From a virus (Duplodnaviria > Caudoviricetes), in IMG/VR virus record IMGVR_UViG_3300024284_000020, positions 1 through 26,205 of that record: 26,205 bases of DNA. One strand, 5' to 3'. The stretch's first letter is position 1; every line of letters begins with the position of its first letter. The position numbers and the translations under genes are program-made. Under the pieces are notes generated by a model. The model was not told the origin of the DNA. It did not search any database and worked only from the letters and a program-made list of their open reading frames with translations. Positions 14,350-22,941 of the stretch are shown here, piece after piece.

Positions 14350-16119
14350 TCACGCCGAGTAGTTCAACTCATATCTTTGACGCACCTTACTGAGTTTCTC
14401 TTTCAAGTCGCGTTTCCATTGGTCATTGTTGATGATAGTGACGGGTCCGCCATGCCTGATAACAAATCCTTTCCGACGTGCGCCTTCAACCACGATACAG
14501 GCCCAATCGGCTAAGTCGGGGGAACAGCCCATGCGCTTCTTGGTTTCTTCTTTGGTTTCCAATTCCCGACGATGATCTTTGACTGGATACCACTCTCGCA
14601 TTCCAAATTCTTCAGCAACATCCTTGGGCATCTGCCGACATTGCCGCGCTTCCACCAGATACCGGACACTAAACCAATACTCCGTGACTCGCTTGGAGTA
14701 GTGTTCGTCGCATCGCTTCAAGCGTTTCTGTCGAGTCTTGGGATCGAGAATGAAAGTGTCTCCAGTAACAGGCCGTGGCGTAGGAACACCACCAAACTCA
14801 ACAGGATTAACGGCTGGACTCCAAAGACGAGCGAAGCTAGTCCCCAATGAACCTCGTCCTGTAGCATCAAAGTAAACGTGTTCAGGGGGAATGTTCTGCG
14901 CCTCACAATCTTTACGAACGAACTCTGCAATCTGGTCCTCAGCAATTTGTGCCACACTCAACTTAATAGGGATTAACACAGGCTCATTAAAGGATACCAC
15001 CACTTGCCCGTTTACATCTTCTCCAACTTCAGCCCATCCCCCCACGCAACGATCTCCACCGTAGCTGGCATCTATACCGTAAACCTTAAAACTCGGTGAA
15101 GCTTTCCAAACCACTTCTTCAAAAGCCCCAAACATCTTGCACATGGTATAGGTCAACACTCGATGCTCTAGCAGCCCGACTTTGCGCTTACCGATAACTT
15201 GGGTCCAATAGGCACTGGAGTCTGGTCCGCACCGTTTCAGGGTGCGTTCAATGTCTAACTCATTGATAAGGTAGCCGTAGCTATTCTTTGGCTCGTCATT
15301 GTTGGGGGTGTCACGTCCATCTAAGTTAATCGTTATTCCACCCCACTTATTGCGCCAAACTTCGGTGCGGTCTGATTGTGGTTCCGTCCCCCAACCATTG
15401 ACTGGCTCAGACATTTTATCAGCCGGATCGCCAAGGCCAATTGGGTTAGCGCAACCCACCATTTTGAAGTCACCTTTATCCAAGTGCTCCACACTAGTTA
15501 GGTAAGGAGCCTTCATAAATTGAAGCTCGTCAGCTAATAGCCGTCTGCGTTCCTGCTTGATTCCGCAAAACTTTTCGATACCAACCCATTCACCAGCCCC
15601 GCCGACACAGGGAACGCAAAGAATGCCTTTACGCATGTCGCGCACTTCGCAGTTGGTTCCAAGTTCATCAGTGAAAACCCCGTGGAGATGATCCGCTACT
15701 TTACCAGGCAAATCAGGGTGCAGTTCTTTAGCAGATTGGAACATCTGTTTTATTTCACCGAACACACGAGTCTCCATGCCGCGTAAATCCGTGGATGAAA
15801 CAAGGATCAGAGTATTGTTGGGGTAACAGAAGTAATCAGTTAAACCGAATCTAGCCAAGGCTACGTGCGTTTTACCAGTGTCTTTAGGTCCGAGAATGAT
15901 CGTGACTCGTTCATTGAGGATCTGTTGCAACATCAGGTCTGACCAGCGGTGATGTTGTAAGTGTGGCCATAATAGCTTTTGGGCATTGATGTAGTGGTCG
16001 AACAGGTTCAAGCCCCACGCTTGGTAGTTGCGAATGCAGTAGAATTCTATGTTCAGTGGATTAGTAGTGTCTTTCCATCTGATACCGTATTTGATGAAGG
16101 ACGCCGAAGCTTTAGCCAT
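14350..16119 (-). CDS. terL: Terminase large subunit
   Basis: Walker A GPKDTGKT, Walker B LLADE, coupling-motif region GCANP, RNase H-like GIDASYGGDRC, YFDATG and SPDLAD. Confidence 0.9.
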   Translation of the reverse strand: MAKASASFIKYGIRWKDTTNPLNIEFYCIRNYQAWGLNLFDHYINAQKLLWPHLQHHRWSDLMLQQILNERVTIILGPKDTGKTHVALARFGLTDYFCYPNNTLILVSSTDLRGMETRVFGEIKQMFQSAKELHPDLPGKVADHLHGVFTDELGTNCEVRDMRKGILCVPCVGGAGEWVGIEKFCGIKQERRRLLADELQFMKAPYLTSVEHLDKGDFKMVGCANPIGLGDPADKMSEPVNGWGTEPQSDRTEVWRNKWGGITINLDGRDTPNNDEPKNSYGYLINELDIERTLKRCGPDSSAYWTQVIGKRKVGLLEHRVLTYTMCKMFGAFEEVVWKASPSFKVYGIDASYGGDRCVGGWAEVGEDVNGQVVVSFNEPVLIPIKLSVAQIAEDQIAEFVRKDCEAQNIPPEHVYFDATGRGSLGTSFARLWSPAVNPVEFGGVPTPRPVTGDTFILDPKTRQKRLKRCDEHYSKRVTEYWFSVRYLVEARQCRQMPKDVAEEFGMREWYPVKDHRRELETKEETKKRMGCSPDLADWACIVVEGARRKGFVIRHGGPVTIINNDQWKRDLKEKLSKVRQRYELNYSA

Positions 16120-16164
16120 ATTTCAGTTGATTAGTAAGGTGAATGGCATTACTCCTTGCGTCAA
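16120..16164. promoter_or_regulatory. Overlapping divergent promoter candidates
   Basis: Plus: TTGATT (16127), 17 nt, TACTCC(T), then ATG at 16164. Minus: TTGACG (16164-16159), 17 nt, CACCTT. Both -10 elements are weak. Confidence 0.35.
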
Positions 16165-17933
16165 TGGCAGAAGGTGTAAGGGTCGTAGACGGCTCGCAAG
16201 ATTGGGCAAGCGGGGTAGACTCAAGTAGGCCCACAACGGTTGCAGGGCCACAGAACCCCCATGGACTTAAGCGTTCTCAACTCGCCTGGCTTATTAACGG
16301 AACAGTGCGCGGTGGTGGCATTCAAACCCGCACTGGCTTTACACCACGAGTTCAGAACGCACAATGGAGCGGGTTATTCAACGGCGCATGGATGTATCAA
16401 CCTTCTGACGGTGATCCGTATCTCGTCATGGCCGTGGGCGGAAACATCTGGAAGGTGGACTTAAACAGCTATGCTCTTACTGATCTTACGGCTGGTTCTG
16501 GTAAAAGCCTACCTCCTAACGAACCGCTTTATCATTTCGTTCAAGGCACTGACTACGCGACGGCTAAAGAGATCCTCGTGATTCAAGCCGGGGATTTGGT
16601 AACAAATCCGCTCTTTTGGAATGACGTAAACCTAACGCAATCGGCTGGTTTCATTGCTCCGGGGAATCCAGCCAATGAAATTCCGCCAGCAACGGCCATG
16701 GATTTCTACATGGGGCGAATTTGGTATGCTCGTGGGCGCAACTATATCGCCGGGGATATTACAGGACCGGGTAAATCCATCATTGCGGTCACAGAGAACC
16801 CTGTAGCTTTTGCAGGAGACGCTTTAACGGTGCCTTCTAGTGCCGGGAATATTCGCATGTTGGCCCACACAGCGGAATTGGATACCGCTCTTGGACAGGG
16901 GCGATTACTGATTGGCACTCCGAAAGCCATTTATCGGTGCAACGTGCCCATCACGCGAGATGACTGGAGTGATCCAAAGTTTGCTGGTCAAGAGCCACTT
17001 CAAACCGTAGCACAGATACGGTATGGGCCAGTTGGGGATCGTAGCGATGTAGTAGTGAACGGAGATATTTTCTACCAATCCTTGGAGCCAGCGATTCGCA
17101 GTTTAGCTCTTTCAACCCGCTTTTTTGGTCAATGGAGTAACACTCCAATTTCTCGTAACGAGAATCGGGCGCTTAGGTTTAATGACCGTGCGCTGTTGCG
17201 TTACTCCAGCGGCATAGAATTCAATAATCGCCTCTTGCAGACCGTGCTCCCATACCAGACACCCGTGGGAGTCGCTCATCGCGGTATTCTGCCGCTGGAC
17301 TTCGATCTAATCTCCTCGCTTGAAGAAAAACTTCCTCCAGCCTGGGAAGGGATGCAGGACGGCATTGATGTAATGCAATTGCTCGAAGGCGATTTCGGAG
17401 GATTACAACGCGCCTTTGCTGTGGTCTATTCGCGTAAGACCAATGACATTCAGATTTGGGAGATTACCAATGACCAGCGATTCGACGCCGGAGATCGTCG
17501 CATTGAAATGACCATTGAATTTCCCAGTTTCACGGGTAAGAGTGCCTTTGAGTTGAAAGAATTAGAGTCAGCCCGGATTTGGATCGATAAAATGTTAGGT
17601 ACCGTTGAGTTCACTGCCTACTATCGCCCGGATCAATGGCCGTGTTACATCTTCTGGCATCAATGGAAGCAATGCACCGCCAAGGACTGCACACAAGACC
17701 CAGACGCAAATCAGCCGTGTTATCCGGCACAGCCTTATTGTGAGAGCTTTGAACCGGACATGTGTTTACCGAAACCTCCGCAAGTGTGTCTGTTCAAGAA
17801 TCGCAAGACCCCATCGAATCAAGCGTATTCATTCCAAGTCAAATTAGTGATCAAGGGTTGGGCTAGAGTAAGAGGGTTTATGGTGGATATGTTGCCTAAG
17901 TCTGAACCGCCTTTCAATGGTCTAGTATGTTAA
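16143..17933 (+). CDS. Probable tail nozzle/stabilisation protein (T7 gp12/P22 gp10-like); start may be ATG 16164
   Basis: About 590 aa, beta-rich; opens with SGVDS...AWLINGTVRGGGIQTR.G, propeller-like segments (MDFYMGRIWYA, VVNGDIFY); Cys-rich C-terminus. Confidence 0.65.
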   Translation: MALLLASMAEGVRVVDGSQDWASGVDSSRPTTVAGPQNPHGLKRSQLAWLINGTVRGGGIQTRTGFTPRVQNAQWSGLFNGAWMYQPSDGDPYLVMAVGGNIWKVDLNSYALTDLTAGSGKSLPPNEPLYHFVQGTDYATAKEILVIQAGDLVTNPLFWNDVNLTQSAGFIAPGNPANEIPPATAMDFYMGRIWYARGRNYIAGDITGPGKSIIAVTENPVAFAGDALTVPSSAGNIRMLAHTAELDTALGQGRLLIGTPKAIYRCNVPITRDDWSDPKFAGQEPLQTVAQIRYGPVGDRSDVVVNGDIFYQSLEPAIRSLALSTRFFGQWSNTPISRNENRALRFNDRALLRYSSGIEFNNRLLQTVLPYQTPVGVAHRGILPLDFDLISSLEEKLPPAWEGMQDGIDVMQLLEGDFGGLQRAFAVVYSRKTNDIQIWEITNDQRFDAGDRRIEMTIEFPSFTGKSAFELKELESARIWIDKMLGTVEFTAYYRPDQWPCYIFWHQWKQCTAKDCTQDPDANQPCYPAQPYCESFEPDMCLPKPPQVCLFKNRKTPSNQAYSFQVKLVIKGWARVRGFMVDMLPKSEPPFNGLVC

Positions 17934-17946
17934 ACGAAAGAAAACT

Positions 17947-18450
17947 ATGAGCACGCCTGCCACCGTAGAAATTTGGGAGAGCAATGGGGGAGTACCAACG
18001 ACAACCAAGGCTACCAGTATCAGTTTGGGTTCTATAGATAGCCCCAATTTAGTTCCAATCGATCATCCCTTGGTGATACCTGCTGCGGGATTCGTTTACT
18101 CCTATAAGAAATGGACACGATGGAATGTCATATCTTGGGTAGATACTACTACGATAGACAATTTTAAGTGGTTCAAGTCAACTGGCGTGGCTCCAGCCGG
18201 GGGATGGCTTGAACATTTTGCAGGCAATCACGATCCTGCCTACTCAGTAGGGAGATCAAATTACGGGGCAGATGACGCGCAACCTTGGCCCACACTGACA
18301 ATCGGTGGACCTTTCGGAGTTGATGGAACCTTTACCAACCCTGCAACCGGATTCAGTAAATATGCGGCATTTGTTCTTTCGATAGATAATTCTACCTTAC
18401 CGGGTAATAAAGGAATTTTTACAATAACTTATAGATACGATGAATCTTGA
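17947..18450 (+). CDS. Putative virion structural protein, beta-sandwich-like
   Basis: Thr/Gly-rich beta pattern, SYKKWTRW...IDNFKWF...TITYRYDES; located in the tail arm. Confidence 0.55.
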   Translation: MSTPATVEIWESNGGVPTTTKATSISLGSIDSPNLVPIDHPLVIPAAGFVYSYKKWTRWNVISWVDTTTIDNFKWFKSTGVAPAGGWLEHFAGNHDPAYSVGRSNYGADDAQPWPTLTIGGPFGVDGTFTNPATGFSKYAAFVLSIDNSTLPGNKGIFTITYRYDES

Positions 18451-18463
18451 GTGTTAGTAAGTC

Positions 18464-18847
18464 ATGCCTTCCCCAATTCTATTTCAATTCCCGTGGCGAG
18501 CCAAAGCAGGTGAAGTAACTGAGCAAGGTTTCGGGTTGCTTTCACCGCGCATGAAAGCTTTGCCCGTCGATGAATTTGAGGTAGCGCTTGGGAATCTCGT
18601 GGCGGCAGCTTACCCGATGCGGGGGGAAGTGCATTTGGATCATAAGAAGGTTCTAGAATGTCCCTGTCGGCGGCGGCATAAACTGATTTGGTTTTCGAGA
18701 ATGTCCATTACTTTGCAAGGCGGGGGACGAGATCAGAACACTGGTCCTGCTTCATTTGAATGCTTTGGTCTGGGACTGGAATGCGAAGATAATAAGTTTG
18801 GGGTGCGTTTCATGCGCGATGGCAGTGTGAAGTCAGGCTTAGATTGA
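18464..18847 (+). CDS. Hypothetical phage protein
   Basis: 127-aa ORF tightly packed in the operon; KLIWFSR...FGLG. Confidence 0.6.
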   Translation: MPSPILFQFPWRAKAGEVTEQGFGLLSPRMKALPVDEFEVALGNLVAAAYPMRGEVHLDHKKVLECPCRRRHKLIWFSRMSITLQGGGRDQNTGPASFECFGLGLECEDNKFGVRFMRDGSVKSGLD

Positions 18848-18850
18848 CGT

Positions 18851-19354
18851 ATGGCCAATCACATAGTCACAACTACGGCTCATGTTGGCGGCACCGTTGC
18901 TCCTAACGGGTTAGTGTCTGTAGCTGATGGAGCTAATCAAGCGTTCGTGGCCACACCTGGGGCAAGTCATGTTACTCATAAATGGCTTTTAGATAGCGTT
19001 CAAGTTGCTGTTGATACCAATAATTATACCCTTTTCGCAGTCGTAGCCGATCACACCGTTGACGTTATTTTTACTAATTCAACGAAGGTTCTGGAAGGTG
19101 ATGCGTATGCCGTTGCTCCGATAAGTAATGTGCTGGAGGGTGATGCGTGGGCTTTCCCATGGGAGACAATTACCCTGCATGGAGATGCGATAGCAGCATG
19201 GGAATTTGATCTGAACTTGGAAGGTGATGCCTATGCAGTGATGGACATTGAAAGACTTCCTAACAATGTTCCAAATCCACAACGAGTTTGTAGTTCAAAA
19301 ATATGCTGCGGTCAAACCAGTCTTTTTGGTTTGATACCTAGACGCTTAGACTGA
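18851..19354 (+). CDS. Virion protein with divergent InlB B-repeat-like domain, 14-aa repeats and Cys-rich end
   Basis: GGTVAPNGLVSVADGANQAFVATP...WLLD...YTLFAVVADHTVDVIF; last 14 codons overlap the antisense HNH gene. Confidence 0.65.
   Translation: MANHIVTTTAHVGGTVAPNGLVSVADGANQAFVATPGASHVTHKWLLDSVQVAVDTNNYTLFAVVADHTVDVIFTNSTKVLEGDAYAVAPISNVLEGDAWAFPWETITLHGDAIAAWEFDLNLEGDAYAVMDIERLPNNVPNPQRVCSSKICCGQTSLFGLIPRRLD
19091..19237 (+). repeat. Four copies of L[EH]GDA[YWI]A at exact 42-nt period
   Basis: Motif starts at 19091, 19133, 19175 and 19217. Confidence 0.85.
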
Positions 19355-20028
19355 TGATAATGATTAGCACAAAGCCCCTTAGCCTCATGTGGCTTACCAC
19401 AAATGCGGCAACGGCGTTTGACGGCATAACAGCAATTCCAACAGCGCGGAGGCCAGTGGTTGCGTCCCTTTGGATCAATTGGCTTACCGCAGCAGGAACA
19501 TGGAACTTTGCGCTTATCACGAGTATTTTTGGCATAGTGATACCTGCACAAAGCCTTGGCCCATCCAGGTTTTCCACAAATAGAACATTTCGGTTTACTC
19601 CATCGACAATCCCGACAAAGAGTCAATTTGTCTTTGCATACATAAAATCGTATTCGGCACGGCTTTCCGCATTTATCACATTTAGCTGCAAACCTTCTTT
19701 GTTTGTGCCTCATTTGATTGTAATGTTTAACACAAAAGCCATGAGCAAAATGAGGAAGCCCGCAAGTTTTACATTTCTGTCGGGGTCTATGGTGCAAATT
19801 ATGAGCACTCAGATTTGGAAAAAGTTGAAGATTACTTATACGATTATCGTCGGGTTTTTCATTTCGATGATGCACCACTTCGGTTCCTGTAAGGTATCTG
19901 CCAAGGTGCTTTTCCATCACCAAGCGATGCTCGAAAATGTATCCTCTGCAATTTGCCGCAGGATGTTCTGGTCGTTTTACTTTGACGTAACCTTTGCTAT
20001 CAAACTCGTAGGGGCGCATGTGTTTCAT
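19312..20028 (-). mobile_element. Free-standing HNH homing endonuclease (HNH_3 type) with five C-terminal Zn fingers, antisense to tail operon
   Basis: GYIFEHRLVMEKHLGRYL...EVVHHRNEKPDDNRISNLQL; three CxxC-x9-C-x2-HY fingers alternating with two CxxC...CxxC fingers. Confidence 0.85.
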
Positions 20029-20030
20029 TC

Positions 20031-20065
20031 GGGAGGATCATAACTATGGCTGTTAATGATTGCAA
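20031..20065. promoter_or_regulatory. HNH promoter (minus) next to Shine-Dalgarno of ORF 20046 (plus)
   Basis: Minus: TTGCAA (20065-20060), 17 nt, TATGAT (20042-20037), 8 nt, ATG 20028. Plus: GGGAGG at 20031-20036, 9 nt before ATG 20046. Confidence 0.65.
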
Positions 20066-20297
20066 CTGTTTTGACGATCCAATTTCAAACTACTCAAGCG
20101 AGGACGACGACCCCGCCTTGTTCTGTGCTGTCGCCACATTCGCTTTAACCAACCCGCCTTTGGGTCAATGCGGCGGATTAGGTGATCGGGATTTAAGTTC
20201 CACACAGCCTTGTTGCTCTGAAATTTCCGATGAAGATGCTTACCTGTGCGCTTATCTCAGAGCGCAAGCTACCGTCTTTGGAGTTGAACCGCCATGA
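20046..20297 (+). CDS. Cys/Asp-rich virion protein or gene fragment (DUF5977-like motif)
   Basis: Good SD; CCSEISDEDAYLCA resembles the SxISQxDA motif of DUF5977. Confidence 0.55.
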   Translation: MAVNDCNCFDDPISNYSSEDDDPALFCAVATFALTNPPLGQCGGLGDRDLSSTQPCCSEISDEDAYLCAYLRAQATVFGVEPP

Positions 20298-21250
20298 GTG
20301 TTTGTTTACCGCCAGGATGTCCACCGAACTGCCCTCCGGGTTGTCCGCCTACCTGTCCCCCGCAACTGGCGTTCAACGACGAAGTGTTTTGCGATGTGCG
20401 TTGTCAGGATGGTATGGCGTTCCGCTGGACAGTCCCGGCACGAACTGTAGCAGGGCAAGGCCCAACATTTGAGATTGCTAAGAATAACGCAAACATTCTG
20501 GCCTTTAACTTAGCCTGTCAACGTGCTCGCACAGGCAAGATTTGTTTTGTCACGCCGAGTCTGCCAAATGGAAAAGTAGGTCAACCCTATGATTTCACAG
20601 TTAAGGCTGTGGGTGGCGTGCCGTGGCAATTCCCTTTTTTACCTATCGGCTGTGCTTCATTCGGCATCGTGCCTTATGATTTCCGAGTGGGGCTATTCGC
20701 TGATGACGTAACCATGGCGCAATTGCCCGATGGTTTAACGATGGGTTGCCGACAAGGAGGATTGCCGGGCCAGATTTCCGGTATCCCAACAACTGGGGGC
20801 ACCTATCATTTTGTCATTCGGGTAATTGACGCCGTGGGAGCCTTTCAACACAAGATGTATAGCATCACCATTGAAGGTGCTGATTTTGGCAAGATTACTC
20901 CCAATATATTCCAGCCGTCTCCTACCTCGTGGCCGGGAACGATCCCAGCAGGAACCTACAAGGTTAGCTATGTTGAAGGTGCTTGGAAGCCGTCGGCTAC
21001 CAGTCCTTTGTTTGAAGTGAATAACTTCCCGGTCTTTCGTGGTTACAAGATCGTTTACAGTGCGGGGACGATTAACTTTCCGGGTCCGAACGCTACTTAC
21101 GGCAGTCAGGCTTTGGCTGAGGCGGCGTATAACGGTCAGGAAGTAAGCATTGTGCATACTGGAGGACCAGTCTCAATGTTTCTTCAGGACTCGCCTTATA
21201 GTGATAATGGGCCGGGAGCACCTAACCCGACGTTTCGACTTTCAACGTGA
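20294..21250 (+). CDS. Virion surface protein: CPP repeats, DUF5977-like domain, putative Ig (He_PIG-like) domain, C-terminal beta domain
   Basis: LPNGKVGQPYDFTVKAVGG...LPDGLTM...GQISGIPTTGGTYHFVIRVIDA is a typical putative Ig pattern; FRWTVPART...NANILA. Confidence 0.7.
   Translation: MSVCLPPGCPPNCPPGCPPTCPPQLAFNDEVFCDVRCQDGMAFRWTVPARTVAGQGPTFEIAKNNANILAFNLACQRARTGKICFVTPSLPNGKVGQPYDFTVKAVGGVPWQFPFLPIGCASFGIVPYDFRVGLFADDVTMAQLPDGLTMGCRQGGLPGQISGIPTTGGTYHFVIRVIDAVGAFQHKMYSITIEGADFGKITPNIFQPSPTSWPGTIPAGTYKVSYVEGAWKPSATSPLFEVNNFPVFRGYKIVYSAGTINFPGPNATYGSQALAEAAYNGQEVSIVHTGGPVSMFLQDSPYSDNGPGAPNPTFRLST
20318..20365 (+). repeat. (CPPx)4 coding repeat, 12-nt period
   Basis: CPPN CPPG CPPT CPPQ preceded by CLPPG; synonymous positions are diverged. 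Confidence 0.85.
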
Positions 21251-21256
21251 CAAAGT

Positions 21257-21520
21257 ATGCAATCAGGACTAAAGAGCGATATGACTGTGCCTGAAGCTAT
21301 ACCAGCGTCAGCTTTAGCGGATAGGCTGAGTGAGATCGGCATGGAAACCAATTTGTTGCGCGTTATGCTGTTTGGCGGTGACTATCATCAGAGCTTGGTA
21401 TCAGAAGCTTTCATGCGCCACGAACACGTGATGATCACCATGGGCAAACTTTGCATCATTGCCCCGCCCTACACTAATTGGCGAGAAACCCTGAAACAAT
21501 TGGAGGAATCGAATGCCTAA
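21257..21520 (+). CDS. Hypothetical protein
   Basis: 87-aa ORF packed in the operon. Confidence 0.55.
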   Translation: MQSGLKSDMTVPEAIPASALADRLSEIGMETNLLRVMLFGGDYHQSLVSEAFMRHEHVMITMGKLCIIAPPYTNWRETLKQLEESNA

Positions 21521-21668
21521 GAACACCAAAGTGGCAAGATGCGTGGAAAAGGTGAAGCGTAAAGGCAAAGGGGTCAATGCCTACGCTATTTGCCAAGCAT
21601 CAACTGGCCAATCCTACGCCACCGGCAAGATGCTGAAGAAGAAACGTAAACCTGACTATTATGCCTAA
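21513..21668 (+). CDS. Small basic 2-Cys protein (51 aa)
   Basis: Not in ORF track. GGAGG upstream; MPKNTKVARCVEKVKRKGKGVNAYAICQASTGQSYATGKMLKKKRKPDYYA; coupled at both ends by ATGCCTAA. Confidence 0.75.
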   Translation: MPKNTKVARCVEKVKRKGKGVNAYAICQASTGQSYATGKMLKKKRKPDYYA

Positions 21669-21924
21669 ATTCTGTCGAGACTGGAAAGAAAGTTGGGTTG
21701 ATCAAATGGGGCTGATTGTAGCCTTATCGGGTGCAGAAAGGTTTAGCAAGCTGACTCAATTCAAAATCAGGATGAAAGAGCTAGCACCTGAGTCTCAAAA
21801 AGAATTGATGGAAACCCTGAGAATGCGCTTCACCCCAACCAATGGAGATAACGGATGTAGGGAAGCAACTAGCGCAGTCAGGGAAGCATTAAAGATCGGA
21901 AAGAACAATGCCCACGCGCCCTAG
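21661..21924 (+). CDS. Hypothetical protein
   Basis: 87-aa ORF overlapping both neighbours. Confidence 0.55.
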   Translation: MPKFCRDWKESWVDQMGLIVALSGAERFSKLTQFKIRMKELAPESQKELMETLRMRFTPTNGDNGCREATSAVREALKIGKNNAHAP

Positions 21925-22939
21925 ACTACTTGATTTTAGAACCTCTCGCGGCCCGAATGCCGTTGGGATTTGTCAGGCCAACATTGCGGAGTGTGCGGCT
22001 ATCGTAAACTCAGCACAGCAACGGCTAATCATGGCAAAGCAGGGAGGCGACGAAGGTTGGTGGGGAACTTGGAGCCGTATGGTGTTCAATGTCAGTCAGA
22101 CTGATCCGTATATCACTACCCCTCGTGAAGTGGCCCGATTGGAACAGATGGACGTTTGCAATCGGCCTGTGCGAATTCAGAATGAGTTCTTCGAATTTTT
22201 GGAATTTGGAATAGGTTTACAGCCAAGGAATAGACTGTGCAATTTTCTCGAAACCTATGAGCGTGGGGTATATCCGTCGTTCTCAGATTTGGTTCCACCC
22301 AACAAGGCGATCCGTGTGTATATCACTGACGCCGCCGATGTGGGTAAGCGTGCGTTGATTCAAGGCAAAGACCAGAACGACACCACCATCTATTCACAAG
22401 ATGGATTGGTGCAGGTCTTGGGTAGCTTCGTTGATTTCGTGGCTCCGTTTGTCGATACAGCCATGGTGATGAATTCCTTAACCGGGATTCAGAAAGATGT
22501 GACTTCAGGGCAAGTAAAGTTTTTCGAGGTTGATACGGTTAGCGGGGTGGAACGGTTAATCCTGACCATGGAACCGGGGGAAACAGTTGCTGCATATAGG
22601 CGGTATTTCATCAATAATCTTCCAAACACCTGTTGTTCTGGCACCAACCCTGCACAGGTAACGGCTATCGCTAAATTAGACTTTGTTCCGGTGGTTGTGG
22701 ACACCGATTATCTTCTAATTCCTAACGTAGAAGCAATCATTGAGGAGTGCCAAAGCATCAGATACTCAACAATGGACGTGCCTAACGCCGCACAGCTTTC
22801 CATGAAGCATCATCGGGACGCAATTGCTTTGTTGAACGGCCAGTTAATCCATATGGAAGGGAAGCAACGCCCCGCAATTTCCTTTAAGCCGTTCGGTAGT
22901 GCGTCTCTGGAACGGCAACAAATTGGAACAATGATTTAG
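21908..22939 (+). CDS. Probable head-tail adaptor / tail tubular protein A-like
   Basis: N-terminal helix (IVNSAQQRL...WWGTW), YITTPREVARL, beta insert, closing LLIPNVEAI plus helix pair; adjacent to ejection-type genes. Confidence 0.55.
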   Translation: MPTRPRLLDFRTSRGPNAVGICQANIAECAAIVNSAQQRLIMAKQGGDEGWWGTWSRMVFNVSQTDPYITTPREVARLEQMDVCNRPVRIQNEFFEFLEFGIGLQPRNRLCNFLETYERGVYPSFSDLVPPNKAIRVYITDAADVGKRALIQGKDQNDTTIYSQDGLVQVLGSFVDFVAPFVDTAMVMNSLTGIQKDVTSGQVKFFEVDTVSGVERLILTMEPGETVAAYRRYFINNLPNTCCSGTNPAQVTAIAKLDFVPVVVDTDYLLIPNVEAIIEECQSIRYSTMDVPNAAQLSMKHHRDAIALLNGQLIHMEGKQRPAISFKPFGSASLERQQIGTMI

Positions 22940-22941
22940 TT

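Noticed and set aside
19091-19237. CRISPR-like repeat-spacer array
   Set aside because: The repeats are degenerate at synonymous positions, in frame within a CDS, too short in period, and no cas genes are present.
19313-20048. Group I intron (5' exon ending in U, intron ending in G, in-frame join)
   Set aside because: The interval is fully occupied by an antisense coding sequence, with no visible catalytic core, and the downstream ORF has its own SD.
20280-20300. Programmed frameshift joining ORF 20046 and ORF 20294
   Set aside because: Ordinary ATGA overlap with no slippery heptamer visible.
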